A stretch of 64,000 bases of DNA from Thermoproteota archaeon (GTDB lineage: Archaea; Thermoproteota; Thermoprotei; Gearchaeales; Gearchaeaceae). Of this stretch, positions 59,504 through 64,000 are shown one piece after another. Below the pieces are notes generated by a model. That model made no database searches and was not told where the DNA came from. It saw only the letters and a list, made by a program, of their open reading frames with translations. The position numbers and the translations under genes were made by a program. The stretch is from assembly GCA_021324265.1 (NCBI GenBank), contig JAJPJK010000018.1:5404-69403 (forward strand), given 5' to 3'. Within the stretch, counting starts at the first letter, position 1, and every line of letters starts with the position of its first letter.

Positions 59504-61139
59504 CCGGCGGGGGTGTTTCTTCGCCTCCTTCACGTTTACCTTTCTCAGGTTTTGAAGGTGCTGCAGATATTATATCATCTATCCTTAGAATCATTATAGC
59601 AGCTTCGGTTGCTGCCCTTATAGCTTGCAATTTAACGTTTGCAGGATCTAATATTCCTAACTTGGCCATGTCTTCTATTGAACCATCCAGCACGTTTATA
59701 CCGTAGTAGTACTTTCCTTCTGAATGCATTGCTCTCAGTTTAACTATAGAATCTATTGGATCCATTCCAGCAGTTTCTGCAAGGATAGAAGGTATCACTT
59801 CCAAGGCCTCAGCAAATTTCATTGCAGCCAATTGTTCTTTGCTAGGCAATCCTTTTGCGAAATCCCTTACTTTTAAAGCGAGTGAAGCCTCTATTGCACC
59901 TCCACCAGGGAATAATTTTCTCTTTTCCAATGCATTTTTACATACATGTAAAGCATCCTTTAATGCTCTTTCAGCTTCATCCACTATGAGTTCAGAACCT
60001 CCTCTAATCAATATGGTAACAGCCTTGGGATTCTTGCAACCTTCAATAAAGAGCATCTTTTCTTCTCCAACCTTCCTTTCCTCGACGAGTTCTGCAAAAC
60101 CTAGATCTTCTGGCTTTATATCCTCAATATCTGTTATTATTCTTGCACCTGTAGCCCTTGCTATTTTTTCCATATCACTTTCCTTCACTCTTCTCACAGC
60201 AAGGATGTTTTTCTTCTTCAATAAGAACTGGGCTGTATCATCGATGCCTTTTTGGCATATTAACACATTAGCGCCTACTGAAGCTAGTTTATCAACCATT
60301 TTCGCTAGTATCTTAGTTTCCTCATCTAAGAAACTCTTCATTTGTTCAGGTGAGGTTATGCTGATCTTAGATGAGATTTCTGGTTTTTCAATTTCTAAAG
60401 GCGCATTCAACACTGCAATTTTAGCATTTCTCACAAGCTTTGGCATTCCTGGGTGAACTACTTCTTTGTCTATCACTAAACCTTTAATAAGTTCAGTTTC
60501 ATCGAGAGATTTTCCTTTCCTTTTCTCAAGCTTAATATAATCTATATTAATCCTTGTTTCACCATTTACTTGTTCAGCTACTTGAAGGCATGCCTGCAAT
60601 GCTAGATCAGCGAGTCTTTCTTTGTATTCACTTATCGCCTTGCTATACATAGATGTCATAATAACCTTCTTAAGTGTTTCGTAATCTTTCTCGCCAAGCT
60701 TGATCGCCATTTCGTCCATTTCTTTGATTACGAATTCTAATGCTTTCCTGTATCCATCTATAATAGTAGTTGGGTGTACGTTCTGCAAAAGAAGTTCTTC
60801 AGCCTTCTTCAAAAGTTCGCCTGCCAATACGACCACTGTGGTTGTTCCATCACCTACTTCAGAATCTTGAGCCTTTGCTACTTCTACGAGCATTTTCGCT
60901 GCCGGATGGTTTATCTCCATTTCCTTTAAAATTGTAGCTCCATCTCCAGTTATAGTAACATCTCCTAGGCTGTCTACTAGCATTTTATCTAATCCTCTTG
61001 GTCCTAAGGATGTTTTCAGAACTTCTGAAAGTACTTTTGCTGCAGCGATATTCACATCATAAGCTTCCTTACCTAATGTCCTCTTTGTCCCCTCCTTGAG
61101 TATTAAGAAAGGAACAGTTTGTCCAGAAGCCTGCGCCAT
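59493..61139 (-). CDS. ths: Thermosome (group II chaperonin) subunit
   Basis: [21 protein letters not shown]. Confidence 0.97.
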   Translation of the reverse strand: MAQASGQTVPFLILKEGTKRTLGKEAYDVNIAAAKVLSEVLKTSLGPRGLDKMLVDSLGDVTITGDGATILKEMEINHPAAKMLVEVAKAQDSEVGDGTTTVVVLAGELLKKAEELLLQNVHPTTIIDGYRKALEFVIKEMDEMAIKLGEKDYETLKKVIMTSMYSKAISEYKERLADLALQACLQVAEQVNGETRINIDYIKLEKRKGKSLDETELIKGLVIDKEVVHPGMPKLVRNAKIAVLNAPLEIEKPEISSKISITSPEQMKSFLDEETKILAKMVDKLASVGANVLICQKGIDDTAQFLLKKKNILAVRRVKESDMEKIARATGARIITDIEDIKPEDLGFAELVEERKVGEEKMLFIEGCKNPKAVTILIRGGSELIVDEAERALKDALHVCKNALEKRKLFPGGGAIEASLALKVRDFAKGLPSKEQLAAMKFAEALEVIPSILAETAGMDPIDSIVKLRAMHSEGKYYYGINVLDGSIEDMAKLGILDPANVKLQAIRAATEAAIMILRIDDIISAAPSKPEKGKREGGEETPPPGEF

Positions 61140-61195
61140 ATCAATTACTTATTTGGGAACATTAGTTATTTAAATTTTTCTAGCCATAATCTAGT

Positions 61196-61387
61196 GTGGC
61201 CGAAGACGAGCGCGAAATTAAGAAATATACAGTCTATATAACAACAATATTTTTAGTATTGTTTATAATATACGACATTATAGCTAGTATAGTAGATTAT
61301 ACTTTATCACAAGATCTACTATATTTTCTTATATTAATAACAGCTATCCCTTTCGTACTTTCACTAGTTAATTATTTTAGGAAATAA
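61196..61387 (+). CDS. Small two-TM membrane protein
   Basis: 63 aa with two hydrophobic helices. Confidence 0.55.
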   Translation: MAEDEREIKKYTVYITTIFLVLFIIYDIIASIVDYTLSQDLLYFLILITAIPFVLSLVNYFRK

Positions 61388-61397
61388 TCCTGGGATT

Positions 61398-61431
61398 GCG
61401 TGGTTAAATACCGATTTCAAAGTATTAGTCG
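61398..61431 (+). promoter_or_regulatory. Putative leaderless promoter (shared motif, copy 3)
   Basis: GCGTGG-TTAAATA-CCGATTTCAAAGTATTAGTCG-ATG; TATA ends 21 nt before the ATG. Confidence 0.6.
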
Positions 61432-61767
61432 ATGTTCGAAAAGTCTTGGTTGAGCATTTTGATGTTAATATTAATAATCAGCAAGGCTGCAATGGCCATT
61501 GATTCAAATAGCACAAATGATCCTTTTGAGTGGTTAAAAAGCATTTTCGATAAAGGTATAACATCCGTAGAGAATTTAGGCAGTTATTTATTGATCAAGA
61601 TTGTAGAATTACTGCTTTTCATTTCTAGAATTGTTTATATCTCCGTTGGCATAATAGGAGCCATATTATGGCTTTCTCATCTTCAACCGCTGAAGGGTAG
61701 GAGAATGGTGATAGGGGCTTTATTCCTTGCCTTGGTAACAGAATTCCTAAAGGTTATCTTAGCTTAA
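61432..61767 (+). CDS. VirB2/TrbC/CedA1-like pilin candidate
   Basis: Signal peptide ending AMA, amphipathic helix, TM-basic loop (QPLKGRRM)-TM hairpin, 111 aa. Confidence 0.55.
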   Translation: MFEKSWLSILMLILIISKAAMAIDSNSTNDPFEWLKSIFDKGITSVENLGSYLLIKIVELLLFISRIVYISVGIIGAILWLSHLQPLKGRRMVIGALFLALVTEFLKVILA

Positions 61768-62245
61768 CGGTCATTACATATGCATCTTCGCCATCGCTGT
61801 AATAAGAGGGTATTTTATTGGTCACTACGAAATTGAATTTTTTATATAAACTTATTGCGGGATAATTAGTGACTCTAACCTCTAAATAAAATTCATTTAC
61901 TTTTTTCTTAGTCAATCTTTCTATAGTGGTCTTGATAAGTGAGGAAGCGATGCCTTTCCTTCTAAATTGATCTAATACAGCTATTGAAATTAAGTGGCCT
62001 TTCTTGACCAATGAAAGCCCAAAATTTGAAAAGCCAAATTCTATTCTACTCATACTATAGCCTGCTATGTATTCTAGATCGTCCCTTTTAACTATTCCTA
62101 CAAGGAAGAGATCTGGAAATTCCTCTAGATGGTAATAAAAATAATCAATTGAATAGTTTTCTGGCAGGGCTCTCCTGTTAATTTCTACTACAGTAGGAAT
62201 GTCTTCTCTCTTTACTTCTCTTACAAATATTGTTTCGTTTTCCAC
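61754..62245 (-). CDS. ard1: Protein N-alpha-acetyltransferase (Ard1/RimI)
   Basis: LPENY, GHLISIAV, LEVRVTN, YYSDGEDA. Confidence 0.94.
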   Translation of the reverse strand: MENETIFVREVKREDIPTVVEINRRALPENYSIDYFYYHLEEFPDLFLVGIVKRDDLEYIAGYSMSRIEFGFSNFGLSLVKKGHLISIAVLDQFRRKGIASSLIKTTIERLTKKKVNEFYLEVRVTNYPAISLYKKFNFVVTNKIPSYYSDGEDAYVMTVKLR

Positions 62246-62287
62246 TCCAATTTAATACACATTCAACAATAGTATATATGTGTTGGC

Positions 62288-63331
62288 ATGGTTGACAATC
62301 AAGAACTAAAAGAAATTATAGAGATCGTTAACAAGTATGTGCCGGTGCTACTCTACGAAACGGAGAGAGATAGGATTGTAGTTCAGATCGGCGAGGAGAT
62401 TCTACAACCTGAAAATTTCAGAAAATTGAGATATGAAATTCAAAATAGGGGCTATCTAATTCTTGCAAAGCCTACTGCAGCTAAAAGCGGGTATTATTTT
62501 GAGATCTTCAAATTCAACATATCTACTTCAACCTCTAGGAAGTTGCCTTTGGCTTTGTTTTTCGCTACGGGCGTTACTATTTTTCTATCAGGGTATTTCA
62601 TACTATTTCCTTCTGTGTTAGTTTATTCCATAATATATACATTTGCAGTACTTTGTGTTCTTGGAATCCATGAGTTGGGCCATTACTTCATGGCTAAATT
62701 CTATGGTTTGAAGGTATCATTACCCTTTTTCATTCCCGGCTTTCCGTTTGGTACTTTTGGCGCGATAATAAGGTTAAGAGAACCTTTCTCGGATAGGCTT
62801 CAAGCTTTTGATGTAGGTATTGCAGGCCCTCTCCTAGGTCTAGTTCCTTCAGTTGTATTCCTATTGGTAGGCATGAATTTCTCTACTTTCTCTACTAGTA
62901 CATCCAACCAAGGAGCTATAACATTTGTCCCATTCCTCATGCAATTGATATTCTCAGTATATATACCGCAAGGTGCCACTCTTCTTCTTCATCCTCTAGC
63001 TTTCGCTGCTTTTTTGGGTCTCTTAGTGACTTTTCTCAACATGACACCGATTTCTCAGCTTGATGGAGGTCATGTAATAAATTCCTTGATAGGTAGCAAC
63101 TACGTTGCTAGATATATTTTAGCTCTTGCTTCTTTCGCTATATTAGTATATACGCAATTCATTGCAATGGCTTTCCTAGCACTTTTTCTTATGTTCTTTA
63201 ATATAGAACCACTAAATACCGTAAACGGCTTGGACAAAAAAAGAAAAATGTACGGTCTCTTCTTCTTGGCTATATGGTTGCTTTTAGCTCCTTGGCCAAT
63301 ATCAAACTATAGTTTAGGCACGCTCGAATAA
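62288..63331 (+). CDS. Site-2 protease (M50) family
   Basis: HELGH, GTFGA, AGP, NMTPISQLDGGH. Confidence 0.94.
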   Translation: MVDNQELKEIIEIVNKYVPVLLYETERDRIVVQIGEEILQPENFRKLRYEIQNRGYLILAKPTAAKSGYYFEIFKFNISTSTSRKLPLALFFATGVTIFLSGYFILFPSVLVYSIIYTFAVLCVLGIHELGHYFMAKFYGLKVSLPFFIPGFPFGTFGAIIRLREPFSDRLQAFDVGIAGPLLGLVPSVVFLLVGMNFSTFSTSTSNQGAITFVPFLMQLIFSVYIPQGATLLLHPLAFAAFLGLLVTFLNMTPISQLDGGHVINSLIGSNYVARYILALASFAILVYTQFIAMAFLALFLMFFNIEPLNTVNGLDKKRKMYGLFFLAIWLLLAPWPISNYSLGTLE

Positions 63332-63886
63332 TACCTCTTGTTGCTTAAGCATTTTATAGACAGTTTCGACTGCATTCTTCACATCTTCTTCTTTCTTTGC
63401 ACCTGTGCATACCATATTACCTGAGCTGAAAATAAGCATAACTACACGTGGATTTTGAAGTCTGAAGATTAGACCAGGGAATTGTTCTGGCTCATACATA
63501 GTATTTTCAAAAAGTGCAGCGGCCTTCTCGAGATTTACTTCAGCATTCAGCTGAGCTGACGCAACGATGTTCTGAATTTGTATTCTTGGATTTGGTGCTA
63601 AGTGAATTCCTCTAGCCTTGAGTTTGTTTATTATAGTCTCAACGGCTTTGTATACTTCTTTCTCAGATCTAGCGCCTGTGCAAACCATCTTACCTGAGCT
63701 GAATATGAGCGTTGCCGTTTTTGGCTTGTTCAACCTGAAAACCAATCCCGGAAACTGTTCAGGTCTGTATTCAACCATATCTTCCATAGCTGTAGCAACT
63801 TGTTGTAGATTTATACTGTGGCCAAAAGATATCGAGGCCACTACATTTTGTATCTCGTACTTGTATTTTCCCCTAAATGCGACCAT
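63314..63886 (-). CDS. tbp: TATA-box binding protein
   Basis: Two repeats of IQN.VAS...Y.PEQFPGL.FRL..P....LIFSSG.MVCTGA. Confidence 0.98.
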   Translation of the reverse strand: MVAFRGKYKYEIQNVVASISFGHSINLQQVATAMEDMVEYRPEQFPGLVFRLNKPKTATLIFSSGKMVCTGARSEKEVYKAVETIINKLKARGIHLAPNPRIQIQNIVASAQLNAEVNLEKAAALFENTMYEPEQFPGLIFRLQNPRVVMLIFSSGNMVCTGAKKEEDVKNAVETVYKMLKQQEVLFERA

Positions 63887-64000
63887 AGAAGTTCAATTTA
63901 TAAAATTATTTCACACATATATAAAATGCACTATTAGTTTTTTTGCTTTGTGGGATGAAAATGAGAATGATCAATAATAAAACCAAAGCAAAATAAAGCT

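Noticed and set aside
63941-63993. 10-bp inverted repeat TTTTGCTTTG/CAAAGCAAAA upstream of tbp
   Set aside because: Low complexity with a 33-nt loop; the minus strand reads as a hydrophobic C-terminus (LYFALVLLLIILIFIPQ) of a probable gene entering from beyond the window
1-64000. CRISPR arrays, transposases, integrases, rRNA, tRNA introns, inteins
   Set aside because: None recognisable by eye; all five tRNAs are uninterrupted and PolB1 is of normal length

Overview
AT-rich archaeal chromosomal segment of TACK/Thermoproteota type (crenarchaeal PolB1, S26e, arcadin-1, Alba, class I LysRS, thermosome, TBP). The left 12 kb is a translation cluster (alaS, stalk r-proteins, spt5, secE, ftsY, eIF6, aRF1, pyrH, tRNAs). 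Between two tRNA-Leu genes (12.3-21.8 kb) lies a 12-gene minus-strand locus: type IV pilus machinery (adhesin, pilins, ATPase, TadC) followed by a small wHTH gene and a divergent TFB paralogue. A metabolic accessory region follows (22-33.6 kb): decayed genes, a frameshifted Sulfolobus-type malate synthase with isocitrate lyase, Lrp-AsnA-GltB2, and a long-form Gnd. The rest is mostly housekeeping. Main observation: the pilus operon, the wHTH/TFB-paralogue pair and an orphan VirB2/CedA1-like pilin gene 40 kb away share a similar promoter with a non-canonical BRE. This suggests an alternative-TFB regulon for cell contact or DNA exchange (inference). All family calls come from motif recognition by eye; no database searches were run.
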